This document shows, piece by piece, positions 31,823-48,340 of a stretch of DNA of 64,000 nucleotides (position 1 is the first letter of the stretch; each line of letters opens with the position of its first letter). The stretch comes from the human T2T-CHM13v2.0 reference genome, Homo sapiens. Under the pieces are notes generated by a model. It saw only the letters and a list, made by a program, of their open reading frames with translations, searched no databases and was not told the DNA's origin. Location of the stretch: assembly GCF_009914755.1 (NCBI RefSeq), contig NC_060947.1; one strand, 5' to 3'. Position numbers and translations under genes: made by a program.

Positions 31823-34800
31823 GTATCCCTTAACAAATTATAATAGCTATTTTTATTTTTAATAGTTTCATTTTTTAACTTTCATACTAAAGAATAATGG
31901 TGGTCATTTATATGCCACCATTATAGTATTATAATGGTATATTAAATTTGACCATCTACTTTCTTTTTCCAGTGAGTTTTATATTTTCATGCTTTTTTGT
32001 GTTACTAATTTGCATCAGGTTCTTTCAGTGTGTAGAAGTCCCTTTAGCATTTCTTGTAATAATGGCCTGATTGTGATGAACTCTCTCAGTTTCTGTTTGT
32101 CTGGTTAATTCTTCATTTCTCCTTCATTCTGGAGGACATCTTTGACAGATACAGTTTTCTTGGTTGGCAGTTTTTTTTTTTTTATTTAGCACTTTTAATG
32201 TATCATCTCACTCTCTCCTGGCCTATAAGTTTTCTGCTTATAAATCTGCTGCTAACCTTGAACTTCCTTATATGTTATGTCCTTTTCCCTTGCTGCTTTC
32301 ATGATTCTTTCCTTTGATTTTTGACAGTTTGATTATAATATTTCTTTGTGTCGTCTTGTTTACATTGAACCTGTTTGGAAACCTTTGGTCTTTCTTTAGT
32401 GGGATATTTATATATTTCTCCAAATTTGGAGAATTTTCTGCTATTATATCTTTAAATGAGCTTTGTACATCTTTTTCTTTTCTCCTTACATTGATGCCTG
32501 CTCTTTCGAAAACATGGGCAATTATTTTCGTCTTTATAAACTGGCTTTGTCTGGGACAGCCCTCTGCCAGTCGGCCCATCCAGAGATTCTGAGCAAGCTG
32601 CCTGCATGTCTGGAGGTAGGCTTGCTGCTGGAGTCATTGTGCAGCCTGGCCTGCTGCCTTGGTCAGCAGGTGGGAAGGCCTGGCACCTGGGTCTGCAGTG
32701 TTGGTCCTGAATCCTGGATTCATTGGGGTGGACCTGTTAATTGCATCTGTAGAGATGGGACTAAAGCCTGAGAGCATGAGAATGGCCCAAAGCCCAGTAT
32801 GTGTGGAGGCTGGCCTGAAGTCTGGGCCCACAGGGGCTGATATGACATGGGGGTGAACCCTTAACTTTAGTCCTCAACTGCTGGCCTGGCAGTGGGGTGT
32901 GTCTGTACCCTAAGTCTGCAATAGTACATGTGGGTCTTGAGTCCATAAGGGCTAGACTGGAGTCTAGGTTTTCAGGGGTGTTCATGCAGTCTCAGTTCAT
33001 AGGATTCAACCTGACAAAGCAGTTTCCTGGAGTGGTTCTGACCTCGGGTTTGCTGGAACAGGCCTAGACCTGTGTCTTCTGGAGCCTGGGTATGACCTGA
33101 TGCTGGGGCTGGCATGGAGCCTGTGTCTATGGGGGCTGCCCTGGAGAGTATGACTGTGGGTGTTAGCCTGGATCCTATGTCCACTGATGCTGGTCTGGAG
33201 ACTTGTGCAGGTGCTAGCCTAGAGGCTAGGTCTGTGAAGGCTTGCCCTGTGGGGGATGGCCGGGGACCTGGGTACACACATGCCAGTCCAGAATTGTGAT
33301 CTACTGGGACCGGCCTGGATGCTGGGTCTGCTGGATCAGGCCTAATCCCTGGGTTGCTAGAACATAGTGCCACAGGTGCCAGTCTGGAGGGTTGGGCCAC
33401 AGAGACCAGCCTGGCACTGGGAAGGCATGGAATCTATGTCTCTGAGTGTCTACCTTGTATTTGAAGTTGGGCTGCTGACTTGGTGCTAGGGCAGGTCTGA
33501 AGCATGGGGCCATGAGGGCCACCTCAGTGCTGAGAATAGTCCAGAGCCTGGGGCCACTGGGTTCAGGCTGGCAGCGGGGTGGCTCTGAGACAGACTCCAT
33601 CTAGTATGCCTAGAACCTGAAGCTACAGGATCTGGCCTCGAGCTGAGGTGGCTGGAGGCTCAGACACAGGCACCTGTGTAGAGTCTGGGGCCCTGGGGTT
33701 CTGCCTAGCACTGGGTTTTACTGGGGAATTCTCAGTGTTGGGGTCCAAAGCTAGGACCATTGCTTACTTCCTTCCCCTTCCCCCATATGGAGGGTATCTC
33801 TTTCCATACTGTGCTACCTCAAGTTGGTAGAGAGGTAATGAGGGTAACGTGAAGCTATTATTCCTACTCTCATCAATGTGACTTTTCTTATTTCTTTGAT
33901 ATACTAAGGCGCTATAATCTATCACCTGTCATTTCTGAAGATATATTTGTACATGATAATTGTTCCTATTGGTGCTTTCGTAGGGGCACAAGTGCTAGAC
34001 AGTCCTATTTGCTGACATCTGTCCCTTCGAGCTTGAATTTAAATACATGCCATCTAACCTGAGATCGTGGACACTTAACCATTGTTCTATATGGTAATGA
34101 GTAAATCGGAAATTTCTAAGCCCTATGATTATGACAATGTGACATGATCTGTTGTGAGAAGTTAGTAGGGGAGAGATCCTAGAAGGCTGATTTAACAGAA
34201 ATCTCAGTCCAGTGAGATACAACTACAACAGGTTCAATCAGTTAAGTGCCAATAACACAGATTGAGATGACCGAAAGTCTGAAAAGTCAAGGATTTGGGG
34301 GATTTGTCTAAAAAGGGCAGTTAATTTGAACATAGAGCCAATGCATGTCGTCTTCTGCTTTGTACTAAAGTAATTGCACAGGTCTTAAAAAGGTGAACTG
34401 TGGCTTTGATTGAGCAGGAGTAAGCTGCTGGGATCCTTTTAAGAACTTCGTTAGAGATATACAATAAAGATAGAAAGATTAAATGTAAATAAGAAGGGGT
34501 TATTTTAGATGGCTAGTAGATCAAACATATTTTAACCAGTCAATATAATACTTAATAAAAAATAAACAGCACATGAGTGAACATGGATTTTTCAATCCAA
34601 CATTCTGTGATTAGTAACAGAGTATAATTAACATGTTGCTACCAATCTGAAACTCACATTTTGAGAAAAGCTTTTCAATTCCTTCACTCCTCCAGAGGAC
34701 TCTAGGAGAGTACAAGGAAACATGTTTTTTTTTTCTTTTTGCTACATTCTCCCAAAGTTTGCTTTTCTTTTTTCTAGTTCTAAACATCATACAGTTGAAA

Positions 34801-36037
34801 TGCCAACTGTATAATGTTAGTCATCATTCAGTTATTATGTTACTGTTAGCCAATGAAGTTAGAAAGGATGAATTTGTGACAGGATACATCCACATGGTTA
34901 CCAATACTTTCTATAAAAATGAATCTAAGGCTTTTGTTTTCTGTCAGAGACAACTAAATTCTGTGCTTACCCAAGAAGAGGCAATTCACAATGTAGGTGA
35001 AAGGGGTGAGCAAATCTGGGAGACCAAGGAAGAGATATTGAAACTGTCTATTTTGGGGTTCATACAGGATAGAAGGTACATGTGTATAGGATTGTAATGA
35101 AGATTAATAGACTAGACAGAACAAAGGAGGTGAAGAACAAGTTCACAAAGAGTGAGAAACATGGAAAGGTGGAAATATTCACTCTGAAATTTGGGTGGTG
35201 GTGCTCTGCTGTCAGAGAAGTGGAAACTTAATAATGAGTAGAAGGAGAAAAGTGGAGATTGCTAGAGCTAATAAGGTCTAGGAAGTAAGTCAGGAGGTTA
35301 TCCAAAGTGTTATTAGCATCAATGTGGACTCTTCTTTCTGTATCTAGGCAATCTGCTCTGTGCTGTGAATTCCATGCCTGCAAGATGCCAAGACCTTAAA
35401 TAATAATTATATGATACATAATAAATTGACTACATTTCCATATCACTTTATATTGTGATGTCACAGTGGACAATATCTCTTTCTTCTCAGGAGCCCATTC
35501 ATTCAGATGTTTTCTCTTCTTCTCTGTGAAAGCATCTTAAGACTGTGAAAGATGAAGTCAAGATATTAGATATTAAAATATTAAGACGTTTGCAACATTG
35601 GAAAATTTGTGTATGATAGTATCTTTTGGGTTTGAGTAAAATCATTTTGAAATTGGCATGTTGAAAACATACATCATCTCACTGATTTGGGGCCTGAGGG
35701 TATTAAGAATAAATGGAACATAAAATATATATGAACGGGTTTTTTAAAGAAAGCAAGGAGTTCTGGGATTGGACTTCACTCCTTCAAATGATTTTCATGA
35801 ACTCATTTGGAAGACAAATATTTATGTTTAGTCTTAGGTAACTAAGTCCGTCAAGCCATAGAACAGCAGCCACCAACAGTTTGTCATGGCCAAGCAGCAG
35901 CAGTTCAGTGGCTCTGAGTGGTGAAAGGAACATGACATGAGTGTGTTTATGGAGATTCCAGAACTACATTCTTAATGCTACCTGAGTCAGCAATTCATTT
36001 GCCAATTGTATAAAATCCCCAAGTACTGCTGATTTAT

Positions 36038-39312
<3,275 letters not shown>

Positions 39313-40466
39313 AGATTTATTTTTGTAATATGGGACATAAAATTCGGTATTTATTGAGGTTTAAAATATCCATCTATGCTTATCAAGCTAAATACATTGA
39401 CTTTTACATTGTAATTATAAAATGTGTAAATGTGTATCATTGTTCTTACTTGATAATAAAATATTTGGTTATCTCATTTTTGTTAGAGCAGAGTAATGTA
39501 TTTAACATTAAATATAAATTAGAATCTAAAGTCTACAGTGGGAACTAAAATCACTGTTAGAATTTGAAAAATGAGGTAATATTTATGATATTATAGCTAT
39601 TTATTACTGGGCTTCCTATTCAAAGACAATTCTGCTGATGGTGATTATAATCTTTTAATGATGGTATGATTAAGATGCAAATGTGTAAATAGAAATGTAA
39701 GGTTATCTTGCAGTATCTTCTAATTTTTTTGACTACCATAATATTTTTAAAGATGTTCTGTTAGCAAATGTATATTGTTATTACATTGACACAAAGGAAT
39801 ATATTAACACAGAAGAGAACAGTGGCACAAAAATCTATCTACTATTTGGATTCTGTATCTAAAACAAAAAGATTATTTTACATTAGGCAAATTTAATAGT
39901 TCTTTTTATTTTTAATACTATGAATAAAAATTATTTTATATGTTATATGCAGTACATATATGTGAGAAAAAATATTTCTATTCTTTCTCACTCTGACGTT
40001 CAATTTTAAAATATTGAGATTAAATATTAAGCATCAGTTGTATTTTCTTAAAATTTTATAAAATTCATTGGTATCATAAATGGGAAAAAATTACAAAAGT
40101 AAAAATAACCATAAAATTAAGGAAGTTATTTCTTACAAATATGACTCTTCCTCATACCTATTTTAGAATACATAAGTAAGAAATCTCTTCTCTTAAATAT
40201 CTATATAAGTCACTCTTATTATTACTTGTTAATGACAATGTACTTTTATTTGTAACTATCTCTAAGACAAAATAGATTATATATTGACTTAAATATGTCA
40301 AGGGAAGACTTCCCATCAAAATATTAGATCTCTTCCATTTCTCCAAAGGCTTCTTTGCCAATTTTAGTATTAGACATTAGTGATTTATCTATATTAATTA
40401 TCATTCATTTACCCACATATAACTTACTGTTTCATTATTTACTGAAATATTTATCTTCACATAATA

Positions 40467-41314
40467 CAGCCATGAACCGCATAACAACGTTTGGGTCAAT
40501 TGCATATTTGAAGGTGTTCCCATAAGATTATAATGGGGCTGAGAAGTTCCTATCACCCGGTGATGTCTTGATGACCTTGACTTTGTGTAGACCTAGGCTA
40601 ATGTGCATGTTTGTGTCTTCATTTTCAATAGAAAAGTTTACAAATTAAAAGTACATAAAAAATTTCAAAATAAAAAAGCTTATAAAATAATAATATAAAG
40701 GAAGAAAATATTTTTGTACTGCTGTACAACGTGCTTGTGTTTTAACTGTTATTATCAAAGAATCAATTTTTAAAAAATTAAAAATTTTATAAAGTAAAAA
40801 TGTTACAGAAACCTAATGTGATTTATTACTGAAAATGAAAAATATGTTTTAATAAATTTAGTGTAGCTTAAGTTTAAAGTGTTTTAAAGGTCTTCAGTAA
40901 TGTACAGTAATGTCTTAGCCCTTCACCTTCACTCACCATTCAGTCACTGATTCACCCAGAGAGACTTCCGGTTCTCCAAGCTCCATTCATGATCAGTGCC
41001 CTATACAGTATACAGTTGTATCATTTTAAAAAATCTTTAATAGCATATTTTTACTGTACCTTTTCTATGTTTAGGTATGTTTAGACATTCAAATACTTAC
41101 CATTGTATTAGGATTGCCTCCAGTATGTACTACAATCACAAGCTGTACAGGTTTGTAGCCTGTGAGCAATAGGCTATACCATATAGCCTAGATGTATAGT
41201 GGACTATACCATTTAGGTTTGTGTAAATGCACTCTGTGATGTTTACATAACAACAAAATTACCTAACAATGGATTTCTCAGAATGTATCCACTTCTTTAA
41301 GTGACACATGACTG
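40467..41314 (+). mobile_element. Tigger3(b)-like DNA transposon, internally deleted
   Basis: TIRs cagccatgaaccgcataacaacg.. and ..ttaagtgacacatgactg, preceded by TA. Confidence 0.85.
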
Positions 41315-42394
41315 CACTGTTTATGAAATATATTCCTTAGTATCTATTTGAATGTAATGGTATATCAATGAAATAAACTGATAAATCTCTTGACTGATAA
41401 AGTCCATTGTGACACAAGTGTCTATTGCCAAGGTGCCTTGTGTCCTCTAGCCTGCTGGAGTCACCTTGGGCTTTAAGATTGAAATAAAGCAAGTCACATA
41501 TCACGCTGTATAAAATCCAGTGTCCATAGCATCTCTGAGGATCTTTGGAAAACTCATTTTTCTTCCTCATCTCTGGTTTTATTTTCTTGCCCCCTTTATC
41601 TTGCATGTCTCATTTGTATCTTACCTTTTGTTAAAGCCATCCTTCCACATACTGACGTCCAAACGTATCTGCTTCCTAGACAATTTTGGCAGCCCAAATT
41701 GATGCTTCATTATACATAGTAATTCGGTTATCTTTATAGTCTCCCAGAGAGTGCCCTAAAGATCTCTTCTATCATGTTCACAGCATTATATCAAGGTATT
41801 TTCCGTAACAAAGGGCTATACACAGAATGAGAATATGCCACAATCTTAGGAGGCAAACATATCTGTAGCCTGCTATGATTTTAAATAGTATTTTTCTCAG
41901 CTACACATTTAATTACTTGATACTATGACACCTTTGATGGTAAAAAAGCATCACAAAATTAGTGACAGTTTTAAATGAGCAAAAGAACAAAGGCCTAAAA
42001 GAAGAATATTTTTACATTGACTACATTTTGTCGCAAATTCTTGTAGAAGTAGAATTTGCCATGGATCTTCCCACTCCAATTCCAACAAATCTTTCTGCTA
42101 CACTATTAGAGCAATTTAGAAAATATGAGATGTAAAACCTAAAATAAAGTATTTATGTTAGCTACAAACAACGTGACAAGAGCATATTCAGTGGTTGAGA
42201 AATGTAATCTCAAGAATATGTGTGTTCAAGTGACACAGAAACTTGATAATGTCATTTCTGATAGTTGTTAAGGAAATGCTTCACTGAGAGTGGAATATCA
42301 AAAATGATTGACTATGAAAAAGAAAAACTGAGGTGAACATTTTGGAAGGGTTATTTTATCAAAAAGACATAAGATACGCAACATTCTGTACGAT

Positions 42395-42475
42395 ATTTTT
42401 TTCTTTGCAAATTTCAAGTTTTAGATATGGGGGGTACATGCACAGGTTTCTTACATGAGTATATTATGCCCAGGT
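42395..42475 (-). mobile_element. Very short L1PB/old L1PA 3' tip
   Basis: ttttagatatggggggtacatgcacaggtttcttacatgagtatatt. Confidence 0.6.
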
Positions 42476-42555
42476 ATATTATGCCTACTTAAAAGTGAGT
42501 ACATGTGGTCTAAATTAAAATTGTGTATTTATATATAGACTGTATTCCATCATTA

Positions 42556-42902
42556 TAATAGTCTATCCTTATTCGTGAGGAATATATTCCAAGACCCCCA
42601 GTGAATGTCCAAAAGCTCAGATGATACCAAATCTTATAAGCCCTCTGTTTTTTCAATCTTATTACTGAGATAGCTACTAAGTCATTAGCCAGAGGATAGT
42701 GTATACAACATGGATAATCTGGACAAGGGGATGATTCGCATTCCAAGATTCTAGATTTTATCATGCTACACAGAACAGCACCGAACTTAAAAAGTATGAA
42801 TTGTTTATTTATGAAATTTTTCATTTAATATTTTCAGAATGCAGTTGGCTGCAGGTAACTGAAACCGCATAAATGGAAACCATGGATAAGGGGAGACTAA
42901 TG
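42556..42902 (-). mobile_element. MER44A-like (Tigger7) MITE
   Basis: The ends tagtctatccttattc.. and ..ggtaactgaaaccgc..ggataagggggagactaatg match; length ~345 bp. Confidence 0.75.
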
Positions 42903-44184
42903 TATATAGATTTTGACTCTGATGCTCTTCTACATAACCTAATCATCACTGGAATAGTGTATCATTGTGGAATTGGTTGTATTTTATTCCCCTTGTTTCC
43001 AATAACATTACTCAAGGATGTAGTAAGAAGAAACAAATTGTGAGGGTGTGCTCTGATAGAAAAATACACGAGTATAACAAGCCACAGGATACACTAGATG
43101 CATTGCCATATGATGCTAATGTTGAGAAACATTTTGCCTCTCTTTGATATAATTATAGTTCGAAAATATGTTATGATATTTAAAAAGGAAAAGCAGCTGC
43201 TTAAAAATCAACCTCTCATGGCAATCTCTAAGATTCTTACAGTTCTGTAGCTCATTGTTTTTAAGTTATTGAATTTGAAGATATAATTTCAACTGAAAAT
43301 TAAAAAGCCTCAAGAATGGAGAGAGTAGACTCTTATTGAATGTAGGAGAGCCAAAAGCAAATAATAAAAACTGCTTGATTGAGCATGGCTATTGGACCTA
43401 GAAGAAACCTCTCTGCTTGCTCTTTGCATGAAGAATAAAATATAAGAACAGTAAAATAGCTCATCTGTAGTTGTAGAAAGTTCTAAGAGACTCCTACCTG
43501 ACCCAACTTCCAAGGTCTCTGAGAAGCCCTGAAATCAGACCTGGTTACCTTGGCTCTGCTGACTTCCAGCTTGACCACTCTGTAATATAATTATCAACTT
43601 TAATAACAGTTTCTTGACATGTTCACCCAGGATATTAAGAAAATTTACAAAGTATTCAGGAAGCTTTTCAAAATCTAGACAGTTACATTGTTAATAGTTC
43701 AAAATTAACCTATTTTCTATCGTCCACCTAAATTTATTTTGAGAAATTTTAATGATTTCCTTTAATTTAGCAATTCAGACAATACAATACTGAATAAATA
43801 AGGGGGCAGGTTCATCAAAGTCTGTGGCAAAATACAGAGAAGGTAGATTCTAAAAGGCTGCTCAAAACCTTTAAAGTTTTTAGGTATAGTAGATTCTAAA
43901 TTTTGGACCATAATAATCATACATTTCTTTTTAAAAGCTATATTTGGTAAATCATCACAATGATTTTTTTATAATCACACTATTTGGACATAGAACAGAA
44001 TATAAAGTAATATAAGATAAAACACAATTTTCAATGCACAGAGGTCAAATGTTCATTCCATAGATGTTGAACATAAAGAGGAGAAATAAGACCAACAGTC
44101 TTCAGATGTTTAAATGTAATAAGAAATTAAAGACTGATTATTTCACTGGATGTTCAGCTTTAACTGGATAACAAACACTTTTAA

Positions 44185-44629
<445 letters not shown>

Positions 44630-45689
44630 ACCATGTTCATTTTTCATGTGTGAAATCATCACCACATCCTTCTCTTAGAAAGATAATGAGATTATTATAG
44701 GTAGCATGTGTGAAGCTCATTGTTTTCTCCATATTCTCTCCTCTCCCTACCATTTTCACTGTACTAGAAGTTGTTATGAGGGAAATAATGCTTTTCATCC
44801 ATCACAGATCCTGTTTCCTGTTTCTGAAGGTTGCCAAGTAAACAGGGACAAAAGTGAATCTGCTCTCCTGCTCTCTGGTCTGTATAGGTGCTTCAGATGC
44901 AAAAGGAGCTGCTACCAGATGCTTGTAGGTGTCCCGAGCAGATTCTAGCCAAACTATGTTGTCCCTTCATGTAACTATTCTTTAATATCTATTGCTTATT
45001 TTGTTATAAAAGAACTCAAAAGTGGTATGTGGAAAAGAGCTGACAAGGAGGACTAGTAGAAAAAGAAATTCAACCCTGGTCTCACATTTACAGACTCTAT
45101 TCAATAAAATAAATTCATGCAGTTGACCATACCTACTCTCCTAGGAAGGCTAGGTTAGTGACCACGCATTGTTATGTGACCATGACCCCTGAAAGTCAAG
45201 TGTCCACCCCAAGTACTTTGTTATATTTTCCTTTCAACCATATATACGATTTTTCCTGAAAGAATAATGGTAAATATAAAGTTTCCCATCTTGCAACATT
45301 AACCGTGATGTTGTTCTCTAGTATCTCTTATTGATGTCTACCTCTTGTAAGTATCCTATTGATCTCCTCTTTAATCCATTCTTAGAGTTGAATAATCCGT
45401 TGTGACCAAGATGGCTATGTCATGCTTAGTTGTGAGACATTTTCTACCCTCTGGATCCATATTACAGGTAAGGGAATTTCTGTTCCAGTCTCTCCAATGC
45501 TAAAATGACCTGGGAGACAGAACAGAGATGGAGAAGACTATGTATAAAGAGCAGGTGGGCCTTCCTTCATTCTGGAGTGGTCTCTGACACAAACATTTAG
45601 TTAGGAGTTAAAGAATATCAAGTATGAAGAATATGAAGCCGACAAAGTCTCAAATTGATGACATACTTCTTCATTAATTTATGGCTAGG

Positions 45690-46049
<360 letters not shown>

Positions 46050-46164
46050 CTAACTTTGGATAAAAGGACCCTTCCTTCTTGGCAGGGAATAAAGGACAAA
46101 AATTATGGTTCAAACTAGCAAACTTAGAAAATATAACACACAAAAAAGAGCAAGGTTATTTGTA

Positions 46165-46323
46165 TATTTCCCTTTTTAAATGTTTGTCTCTCCCACTGGA
46201 TAATAAGCTCCATGAAAACATGGACAGCATTGGTTTTGTTCACTATCGTAGCCCCAGAATTTGGAAAAGTGCTTGGTACATAGTAATTTTTCAATGAATA
46301 TATGTTGAATAATTGAATAAATG
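46165..46323 (+). mobile_element. L2 3' end
   Basis: tgtctctcccactggataataagctccatga..gtgcttggtacatagta..gttgaataattgaataaatg. Confidence 0.75.
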
Positions 46324-47324
46324 TCATCTAAACAAAAATTTTGAAGACAAAGCAAATGTGACTAGCTTAATACTTTAGAGGAAAATATTACTTTGGTGGA
46401 AACAAAATCCCATAAATGTTTTCACATGAACATTTGATAGCACAGAGGAAAAACACCTAAGGAAAAGAGAGAAAGAGAATGGCTTTTATAGGTTGTGCTT
46501 CTGGGAGGTAACTCTTAAATTGGTATTTGATTGCAGTTTAGTTTGGAGTAACTTCTGGATAAAGAACACAGGCAAAATATGTGATACAGCATCAATAAAG
46601 CCCTCAGCTTGTGCCCGGGGAAGCCCTGGAGCTGGAAATAGTCTTGAGAATTGGCTTGAATCGGGGAAAGGGGACATGAACTTTATACCTGCTTTACCCC
46701 CTTGCATTTCCCAGTTATTGGATGTGGGTTATCCTTGGAAGGGTGAGCATGTGACACACAGGAAAGCAGTACACTGTAGCAGAGGGAAAGGCCTTGAAAC
46801 AAACACAGTGGCAGACTGTCAGCAACCAACACTTAACAGCAGCAAGAAGAATGAGTGATTCCACCTGAAGGGACAATCTGGACACTGCCTGAAAGCGGTA
46901 GGCTTCAGAGAGGGTGTCTAAGAACTAGGTCTTGGGGATAAAAATGATATCATTGAATAATGTCAGATACTCCAACAACAACAAATACACATTAGCATGA
47001 AGTGTAATGATAGGCTGAAGGAAACATGAGTAGAAATGATACATAATATCTATTATTATAATATGATGATGATGACAAAAGTAAAAAGCAGTTAGTAGTG
47101 GTAACTATGTGTCAAAAGCCATGCAATTTACATATGTAGTAGAGTCAAATATTATTTATGGTAACCAGAACTAAATTTACTAATGCATGAGTATCATGAT
47201 CTTTCTTTTTTTGGCCAGATTACTATAAGCAAAGAGTCTTACTTTATCCATATATGTCCCCAGTCTCTCCTTTTCTGTAAAAGAAAGTCTGACAACTATA
47301 TAAAGTGGGTATAATAAGAACATT

Positions 47325-47800
47325 TTAGAAATGGAGAGAATACTGGTTTCTGGAGAGGGCAGGGAAGGGTAGAGTGGGAAGGCGTATTGTGGTTATCAAA
47401 GGGCAAGAGACAGGATTCCTGTGGTGATGAAACTGCTTAGCATCTTGACTGTAGTGGCAGATACAAAAAGCTACACATCTGATGAAATGTGATAAAATTA
47501 AACACACTCACATGTGCAAACACACACAGGAGTATGAATAAAATTAAGAAAATCTAAGCAAAATGGGTGGATTGTATCAATGCCAATATCCTGGTTTGAT
47601 ATTGTACTATGCTTTTGCAAGATGTGTATCCACAAAAGTTTTTAAAAATTAAACAATTAAAATATCATGTTATCATTGTAGGAAACTGTGTAGAAGATAC
47701 ATCAAATATGTTTTTATTATATCTTACAATAATAAAGTGATTTACCTACTTACAGTAAGTTATGTAATAATTATTTCAATGAAACTTTCAATGTAAAATT
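47325..47800 (+). mobile_element. L1MC/MD 3' fragment
   Basis: gtggttatcaaagggcaa..gtggtgatgaaactg..cttgactgtagtgg..gattgtatcaatgccaatatcctgg. Confidence 0.6.
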
Positions 47801-48124
47801 ACAAACATACTACTAGTGGGTATTTTTAAAGATTATGTTGCATTTGGGTTCATATTATCACCTACTGCAATAAATTTGGAATCAACTAAAATCAATGCTG
47901 TTGGAAGTGTTAAAGTATTATCTAGAAAACCTGCTTAGTTCTTGCCTATTTCCTCCAGGTACCCAACTCATTAGACTGATCCCTACCTTCTGCCACCAGT
48001 TTTACAAGAATTTAAATGTGATCACTGTCTGAAAAAATGTGATCATTTTGACCAGCATGCAGAATTTAGTGAGAAATCTATTAAGGGGAGTAGAAGAAGG
48101 CAGAGTGCCTTTAAGAATAAAAAC

Positions 48125-48340
48125 AACAATGGTTCACATAAATTGAACACTTATTATGTTTCTGACACTGTGCTAATTTTATGTTCTTTGACTTTTAAAT
48201 CTTAACAATATCTTAAAGTACCTCTTATTACTGCCATTTTACAGAGAGATTGCATACATTTCTAAGTGCATGGAGCTATGAGAGGCAGAAGTGGGATTAA
48301 TATTCACATCATTTTCTAAGCTTCAGATCTTTGCTTCTAT
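48125..48340 (-). mobile_element. MIR (degenerate)
   Basis: attgaacacttattatgtttctgacactgtgcta..ccattttacagag..ggcagaagtgggatt. Confidence 0.55.

Larger units (their letters stand above)
22516..34030 (-). mobile_element. Old L1M/L1MA host element (ORF2 endonuclease region, ORF1, GC-rich repetitive 5' region) split by three later insertions
   Basis: The pieces at 22516-23467, 28655-28735, 31160-31206 and 31823-34030 read continuously across the insertions. An ORF1-like peptide (DIIAENSPNLEK..NIIIKLSKIK) is present, and 32570-33750 holds degenerate ctggagcctggg repeats. Confidence 0.7.

Noticed and set aside
32570-33750. GC-rich stretch with several ORFs, resembling a gene
   Set aside because: It consists of degenerate tandem units continuous with L1M ORF1, i.e. 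an old L1 5' region. The same applies to 27350-28650 (L1PA 5'UTR).
46490-46890. Possible old MLT1/ERVL LTR
   Set aside because: It is too degenerate to assign from memory.
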